Assembly (NCBI GenBank): GCA_964016885.1
Contig: OZ024740.1
Coordinates: forward strand, 209,188,001 to 209,252,000
DNA length: 64,000 nucleotides
Direction of reading: 5' to 3'
Source: Eledone cirrhosa
Lineage: Eukaryota
Positions 39,960-52,200 of the stretch are shown here, one piece after another. A program made the translations under genes and the position numbers. The notes beneath the pieces were generated by a model. The model was given only the letters and a program-made list of their open reading frames with translations, was not told the DNA's origin and ran no database searches. Within the stretch, counting starts at the first letter, position 1, and every line of letters begins with the position of its first letter.

Positions 39960-40157
39960 ACTCCACCTGAAAACAGTATGTTTGAAATGTTATCAATGGA
40001 CAACGATACTCAAGAGACTGATGTATCACCATTTGTTACTGGAACTATTGGTGCTGGAGGACATTCTCCTTCTATATCAGATTTAGATGGCCTTGATGAA
40101 AACACTACTTCTATATCCAGTCCATTTCAATTAACTACTTCCGATCCAAATGGTTGA
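39960..40157 (+). CDS. Probable terminal coding exon of an unidentified host gene (65 aa, S/T/D-rich C-terminus)
   Basis: Strong acceptor (T-run..TTTTTTCAG|ACT at 39959/39960), non-repetitive open frame TPPENSMFEMLSMDNDTQETDVSPFVTG..TTSDPNG*, then an AT-rich UTR-like sequence with AATAAA. Confidence 0.68.
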   Translation, partial: TPPENSMFEMLSMDNDTQETDVSPFVTGTIGAGGHSPSISDLDGLDENTTSISSPFQLTTSDPNG

Positions 40158-40372
40158 TATTTTTTCATTGAGTGATCCTATTGGTTGACTCCTAGCACAA
40201 ACACCAACTTACTTCAGTCAGCATTAAACTGATTAGCTGATCCTATTTTTCTAAATTTATTCATAAGTTCATGTTGGTGCTATCAGATTTTACTATACTA
40301 TGAATCTAAATGGAACTGACTTGAACTCGGCTGCTTCTGATATCAACACAAACCTATGCATACTTAGTGTGC

Positions 40373-40378
40373 AATAAA
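40373..40378 (+). promoter_or_regulatory. Candidate polyadenylation signal
   Basis: AATAAA ~215 nt after the putative stop codon. Confidence 0.35.
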
Positions 40379-40801
40379 ATTCAATACTAAGTCTATGATA
40401 ATAATCTCTTATGTACATAGAAAAAGCAGCCATCGTTGGGTGATAACAAGCATAAAACAGACTTTTGAAAGACAAGAGACAAAAAACAGAACAAATTGTA
40501 TTTCTCTCTCTCTCTCCTATTTGTAATTATTGTTTCCTGTGTACTCAAGTTTAACTTTAACCTTTTATTAAAAGAAGACAAAATATGCCTTTATTTTTAA
40601 AATTCTATTTTTTTTCTAGGAAACAAAATACTGTAATTAATAGGCATGCAGACTTTTGGAAAAAAAAAACATTTTTAAGCAACTGTTGTTTGTTTTATAT
40701 TTTATCTCTAAAATGATATAAAAGAAATGAAATGAATATTGTTTTTAAATATTTGTTTTAAATTGTTGTTTTTCTTTTCCATATCGTTGTTGTTGTTACT
40801 G

Positions 40802-40835
<34 letters not shown>

Positions 40836-40838
40836 TAA

Positions 40839-41030
40839 GGCGGTGCATTGGCAGTATCGGTAGAGGGTCAGACGCCATGCTTTGCAGCATAGAGTTACGG
40901 CCCTTTATGGTCTGAATTCAAATCCCGCCAAGATTAACTTTGCCTTTCATCCTTATGGGGTCAATAAAATAAAGCATCAGTAATGCACTGGGGTAATTGC
41001 TGGCCTTGTGCCAAAAGAAGAAACAGTTAT
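40839..41030 (+). mobile_element. tRNA-derived SINE (same family as 38971-39157)
   Basis: GGCGGTGCATTGGCAGTATCGGTAGAG..TTCAAATCCCGCC..CTTTGCCTTTCATCC; follows a (TTA)n tract. Confidence 0.87.
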
Positions 41031-41059
41031 ATTCATTTGCACTGTGATGATCTTATTAA

Positions 41060-41447
41060 CACTGGATCAGGTGATACCACAGACTTTGGGAGATCACCTT
41101 GATGGCACCTACACTCGCCTGCTTCAATGCATTCAGAACATAAGCTGGCGGCATCTGACTTTGAAAGAAATATATGCCGGTCTCCCACGTATATTTGTCA
41201 TTGAACATAAAAGGAGAGTAAGATTTGCTGGCCACTGCCATCATGCCACCTATGAGGCTGTGTCGCCAGTAGTGCTTTGGAAACCACAAGCAGTCACTAA
41301 TATCAGGGTGTACAAGCTCTCCTATCCCGATGTCATCTCCGGAGATTCTGGTATTGAAATCTAGGATTTGGCAGCGGCAATGAAAGACAAACCCACGTGG
41401 AGATCAATTGTTGAGTCAATTTCAGCTGAGGCTGGCGGATGATGATG
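41060..41447 (+). mobile_element. RTE-X-like LINE 3' fragment
   Basis: LDGTYTRLLQCIQNISW..IYAGLPRI..RRVRFAGHC..VVLWKP..YPDVI..; (GAT)n tail; second copy at 49780-49948. Confidence 0.8.
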
Positions 41448-41815
41448 AGCAACACTGGATCATTTGGTTGTCTCCCCATCAAGTTTTGTAACCTCAGATT
41501 AACAGTTCTTTCTGCAGGATATTTGCTGTTCCTAAAAATTGTTTTCTGGAATGTAGTAATGCTGGGACTGATTCCAATTCTATCAAGGTTTTACTGGAGG
41601 TTTATTTCACTGACCCAAGTGCTCCAATAATAATTGGTGCACTCACTTTTGCTTTTATATTCCACATTCTCTCGATATCTATTCTCAAGTCTGCATACTT
41701 TACGATTTTCTTCTGTTCTTGACCATTGATGTAATTGGTCTCCTGGGCAGGCTACATCAATCAACAAACACCTCCTTTCAGTACCTTTCTCTACCAAAGT
41801 TATGTCTAGCCCCAT
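41448..41815 (-). mobile_element. RLE-type (R4/Dong-like) LINE 3' fragment, decayed
   Basis: DITLVEK..CLLIDVACPGD / KYADLRIDIERMWN..PIIIGALG / FLGTANIL: restriction-like endonuclease motifs across frameshifts. Confidence 0.8.
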
Positions 41816-41821
41816 CTCGTC

Positions 41822-42712
41822 TCCCTGACCTTGGCGTTCTATAGAGGGTTAGTGGAGGGAAAGAGCGACGACGTCCTTGGGGAGACTGGGCGTCAACGAA
41901 AATCAACTGGTGGAGAACTTTCAGGCAGGGGCCCATGGACAACTTCCAGAAATCCTTGGCCTGGCAGTGCTACCAGGGAGATTTGCCAGTTCGGGATAAA
42001 CTCTACAGGCATGGAAATGCTGGCAGCCAGACCTGTCCGAGATACGCGCAGGGCGATGAAACTGTCCTGCATGCACTCGTCCAGTGTCCGAGCATTGCTG
42101 ACTTGTGGGTTTATGTCGAACACCTGCTGTCACGTGTAGGACGGATCCGGCTATCAGCTGAGTTCATTGTGAGGATTGCCCCGCCGCCTTCCTTTAGATG
42201 GAAAGGGCATGCAGTTTTTATCTGCCTGGTGATCATGGCAAAAGAGGTCGTGTGGTGGGCGCATTTGAAAGGGCTGAAGATGAGCACTTACCTCTTCAGT
42301 GATGCCCTGATTAACTTTTTCAAATGAAATTTGAAAAAGTTAATCAGGGTGGAGAGGGAAGTACTCTCTTCCCAGCAATTTGTTGAAAGATGGGTGAAAG
42401 AGGCAAGCATGGCCCGAATGAATGGGCTTGTTCTGAGTATTCGCCTGTAGATTGGAAGTGGAAAACTGGGAGAGGGCACTTGCCCTGGTAGTCAGGGTCA
42501 CCGTGGCTTTTTTAATGGGCTTTCTCCACAAGTGACCCTCGGATGTCTTCCCCCTATTGGGGAATTTTCTTTTGTTTCCTTTTTTGTTATTTCCTTTATT
42601 GTTTTTTCTTTACACACAGAAATGCCCATTTGTACCGCCCTGTACTGTCCTTAATGTTATAGTTTATGTCAACCCTTGTGATTAATAAAGAAAGCATTAT
42701 TATTATTATTAT
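41822..42712 (+). mobile_element. Tx1/L1-type LINE 3' fragment (zf-RVT region + 3'UTR)
   Basis: SLAWQCYQGDLPVRDKL..TCPRY..ETVLHALVQCP..LW..AKEVVW..FVERW; AATAAA ~42683 and (ATT)n tail. Confidence 0.85.
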
Positions 42713-43034
42713 TTAGTAGTTGTTTATATTGCTTTCATTACATTACTGAACACAGCTGTGTGTGCCTTGGATATGTGCAATGTTTTGTTCTAATGTTTCT
42801 ATTGTATTGAAAGTACTCTACATAATTATTGTTCAAACTGTAGATTGGCAGAATCATTAGAGCATCAAATAAAATGCCTAGTGGTATTTGTTATAGCTCT
42901 TTATATTCTTTATGTGATTAACTTTACCTTTCATCCTCCCAGTCAACAGCTGTGTATTTTACCTGATTTTCAAAGCTATTATTTACAGCAATTGACAGTA
43001 TTTGCAGTTATTTATGCGCTCAAGTTCCTCATAT

Positions 43035-43067
<33 letters not shown>

Positions 43068-43071
<4 letters not shown>

Positions 43072-43582
43072 GTGTATATGAAAACATATATATGTTTATA
43101 TACCATAAACATGGATAGCTTCGCTGCTGAAGAAAAATATTTTTTCATAACGAGAATGAAACGAAAAATATTAAATTTTTATCTGTATTCTTTTATGAAT
43201 AAACATATATAATACGCTTATATATAATAAACATATGGGTAGACTCTCTGTTGAAGAAAAATATTTTTTCGTAACGAAAAGAAACATATTTTTCTCTATG
43301 AATATATCAGAGTTGCCAGTGTATTCTGAGAGTATCAGATAACGCTGTGTCAAGATTCGTTAATCTTTCATCATTGACACTCACAACATACTGGCATGGA
43401 ATAGACTATTGTCTATATAGTATTTTGTGTCACTGATTAACGAATCTTGAAACATGTCTGATACTCAGAATATACTAGCAACGCTATGATATATTCATAG
43501 AGAAAAATATTTTTCTTCGACAGCGAGTCTACCTATATGTTTATTATATATAAGCGTATTATATATTTTCATATACACCTCT
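43068..43582. mobile_element. PLE fold-back with two decayed hammerhead copies
   Basis: Inverted arms (~43205-43380 vs 43427-43582, plus a partial duplicate at 43068-43145). The two arms together give the consensus GTGTCA-CTGATGA-AAGATT aacg AATCTT-GAAACATGTC-TGATAC. Confidence 0.75.
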
Positions 43583-43896
43583 ATTATACTTGGACGCTGT
43601 CAAATAAATAAATCTACAATGTTGCTTCCAGCTATGTTTACCTCTACCCATTATTGATACATAATCAGTGTACAATTTCCCATTCTTTTCCTATATATAT
43701 AATTGACCGTTCTGGTTAAGCCAACTGTTAAATGAATAAAATGGAAAAAAAATATCTGTTGCTTATCATGGAGTTAACATAAGATAATTGTTTCTACTTT
43801 TGGCACAAGGCCAGCAATTATCCAGTACATTACCGGTACTTTATTTTATCGACCCCGTAAGGATGAAAGGTAGTCCACATTCGCTGCATTGTCTAA

Positions 43897-44673
43897 TCTA
43901 TATATATAAAACTGTGGTTGTCTGTCTGTCTATCGATTTTTGGCACACATCTCCTCTTAGAATCTCTCACGGAATTGCACCGAAATTGCTATACTTGTAC
44001 ATTGAGCCCTAGCGAAGACATCGGAAAAAAAATAATTTCAAATTGACCCGCCCTATGTGACGAAATCGAATATAATGTATCGATTTTTGAGCGTAAGTTA
44101 TCAGTTATTTCCCTTTGTTCTGTTTACATTGAGCGTCTTACGTAAAAAAATTACGCTGGCTTTCTCAGCGTTTAAAATGACATTAACACAATACACGAAC
44201 AGTTCGAACACTAAGCTTCCGTTTTGCTTCATTTCCATTTAAAAGCATTTTAAAACAATATTTTTACTTGAAAACAAGTCTATTTAGAGACTACGTAAAA
44301 CAAGCAAATATTTCAGGCGTGCAGACAGACAGTCGTGCAGAGAGGTGATATAGGCGTGCAGACAGACATAACTGATAATTTGGTTACGCTAATGTTTTTC
44401 TCTGCGTTGCAGTGTTTACATTTTCGATCTTTGTTAATAAATAACCAGTGCAGTTTCTATCCCCAGCATCCTCTTTTGTTATAACATTCGGGTTATCGTT
44501 ATGTTTTCTTAACTTCATAAGGCATATTGTTGGTTGAGGGAATATTAATCAAAAACACCACATGCAAGTCTGCACAGTAGACACTACAGTTTTTAAGCCA
44601 AAAAAGAAACTTAACATTGTAACTTTAACACAGCTACTGAGCGACCCCGAGCAACGCCGGGCTTTACTGCTAG
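43897..44673 (+). mobile_element. Non-autonomous Helitron
   Basis: A|TCTATATATATAAAAC.. 5' end with (GTCT)n; 3' hairpin CCCGAGCAACGCCGGG then CTAG|T; A|T insertion without TSD. Confidence 0.85.
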
Positions 44674-44983
44674 TATTCTTATAAAAATTGAATCAATATT
44701 GTAGGAGTTCTCTCCCTTATTCATTTTTGTTTTCTAGATTTGAACATTTACACCGACAGTTTTTGTCTTGAAATTGCAGGAAAAATCCCAGTTCATTGAA
44801 GTTTTTTACTTACCATATTTAGTATGTAACCAAATACTCTTCCTGCAATCAAGAAATTTGTTTTACTTAGTAAACCAAACTAGTAAGCAGAGTTCAATAC
44901 TTTACCTTTACCCAGGAGAACAAAACTTGTAATAAGATTTAAACTTGAGACGATGTAGTGTGTGTGTGTGTATATATATATAG

Positions 44984-45355
44984 ATAATAATAATAATAAT
45001 GAAATTATTGTGTAAAGTGCTCAGGTGCACTACAACTCGTCAAAGGTGTATGTATAGTACATAGAATAATACACAAATGTCAGGGAAGTGAATAGTGTAT
45101 GTGTATGGAGGGGGAACATTAGCTGTAGTGTTGGCGGATCTCGGGAAGCATGGAGGCTTTAAAGGATGCAGTGTCTCGACAGCTAACAACTGATGCAGGT
45201 AGTTTGTTCCATGCTTCAGCAACTGAGCGTGAAAAAATGTTTCCGAAAGTTATGGGAACTGTGCTGTTTTCTGATTTTGTGGGCATGTCCACATGTGTTA
45301 GACACATGGAAATCAAAAAGGTACTCAGGGTTGTTGTTGGCAAGATGGTTATATA
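44984..45355 (-). mobile_element. CR1-type LINE 3' fragment
   Basis: NTCGHAHKIRKQH..FRKHFF / VAEAWNKLPASVVSCRDTASFKA*; (ATT)n tail. Confidence 0.82.
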
Positions 45356-45412
45356 ATAATAATAAAATGTGGAGAGGAAGCACACGAGTTAGGATATATA
45401 TATATATATATG

Positions 45413-45779
45413 AAAACAGGGAGAAAGAGACGATTATTAGGAAGAAAAATATTTTTTTTCCCTTTTTATTTATTTCTCTATTTTTTCTGGGTTAGAAAAT
45501 GATTAAAACGAAATATTTTACTTTGTGTGAAGTGTTAAGGTATTAGTTGATTTATTTATTAATTAACAATGGCATTTATGAAATGCTGAAACCGGTAATA
45601 GACAATTATTAAATATATAAATAGATAAATAAATGCCATTGTTAATTAATAAATAAATAAACTAATACCTTAACACTTCACACAAAGTAAAATATTTCGT
45701 TTTAATCATTTTCTAACCCAGAAAAAAGGGGGAAAAAAATGTTTTTCTTCCTAATAATCGTCTCTTTCTCCCTGTTTTT
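45413..45779. repeat. Long AT-rich inverted repeat (arms ~150 bp), probable PLE pLTR fold-back
   Basis: 45413-45578 is the reverse complement of ~45630-45779. The centre has GGCATTT atg AAATGCT-GAAACCGGTA, the 3' half of a hammerhead. Confidence 0.72.
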
Positions 45780-45800
45780 ATATATATATATATATATATA

Positions 45801-46088
45801 CAATGATATTAAATAAATGGAAACTATATTTATAAAACCATATTTATTTTATTATATATATTTCAAGGGCAACCAAGACAACATTGGTACGCTTTCATCA
45901 GATAAAATACAAAGTTTGTTTTATCGGTTGGAAATTCACTTGGTTGCCTTTGAAATATATATAATAAAATAAATATGGTTTTATAAATATAGTTTCCATT
46001 TATTTAATATCATTGAATATTTACTCCAGTAACTTGTTGAGTGCTCTAAATCAGTTATAAACATTTATGTTTGTTGGACTTCCAACAA
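45801..46088. mobile_element. PLE fold-back: arms 45801-45877 / 45939-46015 plus tail
   Basis: Near-perfect 77-bp inverted repeat, hammerhead on minus strand, right arm extends ~70 nt. Confidence 0.82.
45847..45907 (-). ncRNA. Type I hammerhead ribozyme motif
   Basis: TTTTAT-CTGATGA-AAGcgtACCAA tgttgtc TTGGTtgccCTT-GAA-ATATATAT-A-ATAAAA. Confidence 0.8.
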
Positions 46089-46127
46089 ATTAAATACAAC
46101 TTCTACTTATATATATATATATATATG

Positions 46128-46420
46128 GAAAAAATGAAATTTCATTTCTCACTCTTAGTACGGCTGATACTTAAATATAAATATGTATACGTACATACAT
46201 ATATGTATACAGACGTGCAGTAGTATGTATATACATACATACATGCACACATATATATGTACGTATGGGTTTACCGAACATTTATTATAATGCTCGGTGT
46301 GTTTGTAAACAAACAACCCGAATTAAGCCGTACAGTGTTCGGCAACCATCGGACAAAGGAACGATGAACTAGTTTCTAACTTCTTAGCTGTCATCAGCAC
46401 CGTATACCTTCCTGTCAATC
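46128..46420 (-). mobile_element. PLE pLTR fragment (family of 56471-57265)
   Basis: Diverged homolog of the 56471-57265 element including its hammerhead. Confidence 0.78.
46361..46403 (-). ncRNA. Type I hammerhead ribozyme motif
   Basis: ACGGTG-CTGATGA-cAGCT aaga AGTTa-GAA-ACTAGT-T-CATCGT; GUU site. Confidence 0.75.
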
Positions 46421-46622
46421 GATTTATTTTTATTTTTATTTTTGACTTTGAATATTTTTTGTTCTTATTCATTTATTTATTTATTCTTATTACTTCATGT
46501 ATGTGTATGTATTTTGTCCATGTCGGTTGATACATATACGCTTATGTGACAGCTTATGTCTACGTACTTTTTAAGTATATGCGCGTGGTTGAGTGTGTGT
46601 ATGTTTGTTTATTTATTTATTT

Positions 46623-46653
<31 letters not shown>

Positions 46654-46655
46654 AA

Positions 46656-46936
46656 GCATGGCTTAGTGGTTAGAACATTGGGCTTGCAATCGAAAGGTTG
46701 TGAGTTTAATTCTCGGACCGAGTGATGTGTTGTTTCCTTGAGCAAGACACTTTATTTCATGTTGCTCCAGTTTACTCAGCTGAAAATGAGTACCAGCAAT
46801 AGCTGGAGGTTTAACCCTGCGATGGACTGGCGTCCTGTCCAGAGGGGAGTCTTGCGCTCTCAGTCGCTTCACGCCTTGAAGCCGGGATAAGCAACGGCCA
46901 AATGAGCCTTCTGGCTTAAGACAGACTTTAGACTTA
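46656..46936 (+). mobile_element. tRNA-derived SINE, same head as 11201 but different body/tail
   Basis: Head/core match 11208-11343; then AACCCTGCGATGGACTGGCGTCCTGTCCAG (resembles a V-SINE-type conserved segment) and an (AGACTTT) tail. Confidence 0.85.
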
Positions 46937-47055
46937 CGGCCTGCCCGCCCAGCCAGTGGGATGGCGTCATCGTATGGCTAAAACAGCACGTGATGTGACC
47001 AGCGGCGCCGAATAGCGCCCGACAGACTGGTCGGTCAAGGTGATATATATATGTA

Positions 47056-47086
<31 letters not shown>

Positions 47087-47087
<1 letters not shown>

Positions 47088-47769
47088 TCGTTTCTGAATT
47101 TGTTTAGCAAGATTCTTTATCTGAAAACGTGTGTTGAAACCGATATTGTTATACTTTGGGAGGGTCATGTTGCCAATAAGAAACACACTCAAGATAGAAA
47201 AGAGTCATCAGTACTCCACCAACATGCTAAAATAGAACATAAGGGCAAATTAGAGAACATAGAAATAAAAATAAAATCTACAGACAGAAAAGACGCAATG
47301 TTTAGACAAATCACAGAGGCAATAAACATAAATGAACTCCAACCAAAATTAAATAGAAAACATGAATGGAATAGCAACATCACAACTTACAATTAAGGAC
47401 AAAATGAAAACACACACACATAGAACAAACAACCAACCAGTAACATGTAAATAAACAAATAAATAAACAAACAAAAAACACACACAGACACCCGGATGTA
47501 ACACATGCGCAAACTAAGCACACAACACACAAAAACAAGATGGCATAGGACAGAACAAAGGAGAGGCGCAAAACAAAGAAAAGAATCCCCAGTCACAGAA
47601 TGTGTGACGAAAGAACTTTGACAATATATGAACAACCGTCCGGTTGTGGAACCAACCAACCAACCGGAAATTTATAAATTTTTTTAATTTATAATAAATT
47701 AATTGGAGTGAAATAACTGGTGCGTGTGTTTCTTATTGGCAACATGACCCTCCCAAAGTATAACAATAT
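47087..47769 (+). mobile_element. 5'-truncated PLE: GIY-YIG C-terminus flanked by inverted pLTR ends
   Basis: SSVLHQHAKIEH..RQITEAININELQPKLNRKHEW; inverted arms 47143-47188 / 47724-47769; partial hammerhead GTCACA gaatg TGTGAC GAAAGAACTTT ~47592-47620. Confidence 0.85.
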
Positions 47770-47774
47770 ATATT

Positions 47775-47960
47775 AAAGGTAAACAGAAATAACAACACAG
47801 TCGGTACAGTATATGGAAGGAATATATTAGGTTAACGCTTGAAATGGCAGGAAGTGGGTCTTAACGTTTCGGACGCCAGTCCTTCATCAGAAGAAAGAAT
47901 GAGAAATTAGATGGATTGAAGGGATGGGTGGGGTTGAATTGGAAGAAATGTCTTTAGATA
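47775..47960 (-). mobile_element. PLE pLTR fragment (second copy 61945-62120)
   Basis: Two similar copies in the window, each with a hammerhead. Confidence 0.78.
47859..47894 (-). ncRNA. Minimal type I hammerhead ribozyme motif
   Basis: TCTT-CTGATGA-aGGAC tggc GTCC-GAAACGTT-AAGA. Confidence 0.83.
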
Positions 47961-48089
47961 AAAAATAACAGGCCCATTCATATTGCAATCTCTTGGAAAA
48001 TTGTTGATGCTGGCATTTTGTGTATGATATATTTTTTTTTAGAAAAGTGGATGATGGAGCGCGTCTACCTGATATATATAAGAACAAAA

Positions 48090-50877
48090 TGAGGTTTCAC
48101 CAAGAACGTCGTCGCTTTCATCCGCCACTAACCTTCCATAGAACGCGAAGGTGGAGTTTCCACCGATCATATTGCCCGATTGTTGAAGGGCTGTAAAAAC
48201 CTGAAGACATTCCAATTTCCAAGCGCTCTCCCTCGGTCTCCGCTTGGCCCAGGACTGCAGCTCGGTTAAGGATACAAGCTGAGGAAACATGCAACTGGTG
48301 AACGGCGACCATATCTGTTCACCGTGAAGGAAAAGATGGAGTTGTAACCTCTGCGCATCATCAGCCGCGGCATTCCCAGTCCTCCACGCAGTGGATGTTG
48401 GCAGCAGATGGACTATCGGAATACGTCCCTTCCACAAGAAGCGGAAGAGCAAATGCTCCAGTGCAGTCTGGCGGGGTTTGGGGCAGGACACGGAGGTCAG
48501 GTGGTAGTAGATGACGGACGTGGTGTATGCTTTCGCCACCTCTGCCCTACCTTTCAGCGAGAGCTTTCTCTCGGCCTATTTTTGCGTGAGATTGGCCACT
48601 CTGTTCGTTACTTCGTCCCAGTTGCTCTCCATCTGGAGATCGAGACCGAACCAGACCCCGACCAATTCAACTGGCCCGTCCAACCATGCTGTTGGGCGGA
48701 ATGGATCTGCCTCTACATGAGTCGAGTTGCAAACCCGCGGACTTTTCCTGGTTGATTTTCGCTTCCGTCAGCGCTTCGTATTCCTTCAGAGCAGTGCTGA
48801 TCAACTCAATGTGTTCGGTGTTTGACATTATGACTGTGATGTCGTCATCATAAGCCGACACAGATCTTCCATTTCCTTGTTCACACGCGAAGCTTCTCAA
48901 TATCTCTAATTTGTGTAGCAGTGGCTCGAGAGTCAATACATATGACAGAGACGAGAGGAGACACTTGGCGAACCGAGCGCATGATGTTGAACGGTTCCGA
49001 GAGGAGACTATTCACTCTGACCACACAGCAGATGTCACTGTGCATAGCAGCGATCCATCCTCTGAAAACGAGCCCAAAACCTGTTGTTTTGAGGACCTCC
49101 GCCAGGTACCGATGGTCGACCCAATGGAACGCTTTGGATTGATCAGTGCCCCACTCTTCTCAGGTTCTTTAGTCACCCTCTGTATGATGTATCGCATGAT
49201 ATGGAGGTTGTCTGCGCCTCCCCAACCAGACCACCGATGACTAGCGCCAACCTCGTTGCTAACCCCTTGGCCAAAATTTTGAACTCTTATAGGCTTAAAT
49301 TTATCTATATTGTCCCCTTTGTTCAGGTCTTTTCTCAGCAATGCCACCACTCCACGGCTCACAGAACTGCGAATTCCCCCGTTCTGCTGCCAGTTGCACT
49401 AGACGTCTGCCAAGAGGTCACCGAACAAGTCTGGCATGTAAACGTAAAGCCGGTAGAGCAGACCATCCAAACCAGGTGATTTTCCCTTCGTACAGTCGAC
49501 TAATGGCCCCTGTATTTCAGCAGCTGTTATCGGCTTTTCGCAACATTCCGCCACTGTAGGTCGTCGAGATAGTCTGTGAAGTCCATTTCGCGATCCGGCC
49601 CGCCGGGCATAGTGCTGCTGAAAAGCCGCATGTATCTGTTTGAGATCGAGTATCATGCACCCGTCGTGGTGTTACAAGGATCAGATTGTGACTTTGTTGC
49701 CTCTCCGAGCCTCCACCACTTGGGACCAATGAACGCCTTAGCTCTAACCACGAAGTCTTCATACTTAGCATTGAAGAATTCATCATCCGGCGGCCTCAGC
49801 CGAAATCGACTCAACAATTGATCTCCACGTGGGTCTGTCGTTCATTGCCAAGTACTGGATTTCAATACCAGAATCTCTGGAGATGACATCGGGATATGTG
49901 AGATTGTGCCCCCTATTATTAGTGACTGCTTGTGGTTTCCAAAGCACTTGTAAGGACACAGATCCAGACCAGAATTGGTCGAGGACCAATCTTGCCGTAG
50001 AAACGTTGGCTGCGATACCTTTGCTAATCACCTATTCTAGTCCCCTGTTCTAGTTTCTTCTATTGTTACGGCTTTGCTAAACCTTATCGATTCTACTCTA
50101 ATCGCCCTTTTCAGGGCGTACCACCATTTGTTGTTGACGATTGTTCCCGTCAACACCAGCTTAACCAATTCGCTAATCCGGTCTCTGTAGTCTTTGCGCG
50201 TCGGGAATGAGTTGCACAGCTTCCAGTAACCGGGTCCTTGTCTACGGATCCTATTTAGATTTAATACAAACAGGTCACAAATGTATGATCTGTGCATTCG
50301 ACTACCTTAAATTAGGGACAACCTTTGCTAGGCTTCTCTACTTCCCTACAGAATACTCTATCTAGATACTTTCTGGGTGACCCGATGCGGTTTGTCCATG
50401 TTCACATTGGCGCATTCGGAAAATCCAGTTGGAAGCATCTGAGCAGGTCTGCGAGGCTTTTACACCCTCCCCCTATTTGCTAGCTCTACACTGTCCCAGC
50501 GTGCATCTAAGATACTGTTCCTCTTGCCCACTAAGACTGAAGTGCGAGCCGTTCCTAAAAAGGTTTCCTGACGTCGGAAGAAATCAGTTCGTCCTGCCCC
50601 TGTTGGAGCATAGACAGCCACTAGCCTGAAGGCGTGCCCTTCTCCGCTGGTCACGTCCAGCACCACCAATTTACCCTTTGGGTCCAGGAAGATGGTCCGT
50701 ATTGCGAGATCGAGGCCTTTCCGGAACAACACAGCAACTCCGCCTCCAGATTCTGGACGGCTCGGAGATGCATACACCTCGTAGCCACATCTATGTCCAG
50801 TGACTTGAGGTCGTTGAGCAGGTGACCCTGCTTCCAGGCCATGTGCATTCACACTGCCTATCTTGAGTGAAGCCATG
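48090..50877 (-). pseudogene. Decayed Tx1/L1-type ORF2 (APE + RT), 3'-truncated
   Basis: MASLKIGSVNAHGL..GGGVAVLFRK..RLVAVYAP..GPGYWKL..GKSPGLDGL..SAYDDDITV..FRFLWKG; many frameshifts. Confidence 0.88.
49780..49948 (-). mobile_element. RTE-X-like 3' fragment nested in the Tx1 ORF2
   Basis: VLWKPQAVTNNRGHNLTYPDVISRDSGIEI..AEAAG*; homolog of 41272-41443. Confidence 0.82.
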
Positions 50878-50999
50878 GTCGATTTAAAGGAGAAAATGGG
50901 ATAAGTCACTTACCTTAGAATTTGGGGAGGAAGGTTAGTAGTTCCATCCTTCAGGTTTGGGTGGGTGGGGTGTCAAGAACCGAAATATCTCTGTAGATT

Positions 51000-52200
51000 C
51001 GTTTAGAGATTGTTCTCCTGAAGTCTCCAATCGAATCTGGGAATTTTATTTTCAAATGAGTGAATGTTTTCTGGGTATGTTTGTGGGTAGTCCTATTTTT
51101 TCTGGTTTTGTAAAATCATTTTGTGTGATTGTGGAATTTTGTGGTAATTTAAAAGTTTTATATTGTTCGAGTCAATTGCTGTGTATGATGTTTGTATCTT
51201 CTTGTTGTTGCGAGTGTGGGTTAGGTTTTACTTGGGATGTTGCTAGCGTGTATGGTGATTGTTGTTGTGTTAATGGTAGTGGTGTTGGCGGTGTAGATAC
51301 TTGTGGGGGAGGGGGGGGGGCTTTAATTTTTTTTTGTTTCTTTCGTCCTCTTTTTTTTTTAGGGCAAAGATTAGGAGTTTTTTTTTCCTTTTGGGGGCAA
51401 ACTGTTTGCCATTCCTCGGACTCGTCAGAATTCAAGTCTGACTGTGTGACGTCGGGGTGTGGCATGTCCTCGATGGGTGTTGGTGTTGTTGCAGCTGGTG
51501 GTGTTGGTCTTGGTGGTGCTGGTGTTGCTGTTTTATTTTATTTTATTGCTGGTTGTGGTGTTGATGTTGCTGTTGCTTTTCTTGATGATGTTGCGGTGGT
51601 AAGTTGTTGGTGATATTTTTGGTGTTGTCAGGGTGGAGGCGTTTTCCCCTTCCTTTTAGTGAAGAGCAGAAAGCTCTTAAATGGTTTATTGAAAAACAGA
51701 TATGACATCTGACTTTCTTCCCTTCTACTTGGACTCGTAAAATTATATCGCCTGGAAGATGTATTTGCTGGGGGATGGCGTCTACATTCCTTTGCGTTGT
51801 TTGCATAAGGATTTCGACTTCCATTTCCGACCAATTTCTTTGTTAGTCTGGTACACCTCAAGGATTTTTGTATTTTCCTCAATGCCTACCGTGACTGCAG
51901 CTATTAACCAAGGAACGGCTATTTCCGGTGGTATTTGTGAAACTTTGATCTTTACTAGTCTCATTCCGCAATAGAATGGGACGAACAGGATCTCATTACT
52001 CTGGCTTCATGGAGTGGCATCTTGCTTCTTCCTCCATAGCAAACTTCACCTCCACTGTGCCAAAAGCCCAGCCTGTTGTATGAAAGTGTTCTGGTTCCAT
52101 ACAGAACCTAAAGCCTCCTTGATATGAACCTCTGTAGCTCTTTCTAGTTACTTGTTTTCAATCCAATGATACGATACGTTACAGTCTGACGTATCGTATT
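51000..52200 (-). pseudogene. Decayed gag-like ORF1 of the Tx1/L1-type element
   Basis: VKIKVSQIPPEI.. and RVQVEGKKVRCHICFSINHLRAFC (CX2CX4HX4C knuckle), then a low-complexity P/K/Q-rich region directly upstream of ORF2. Confidence 0.75.
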
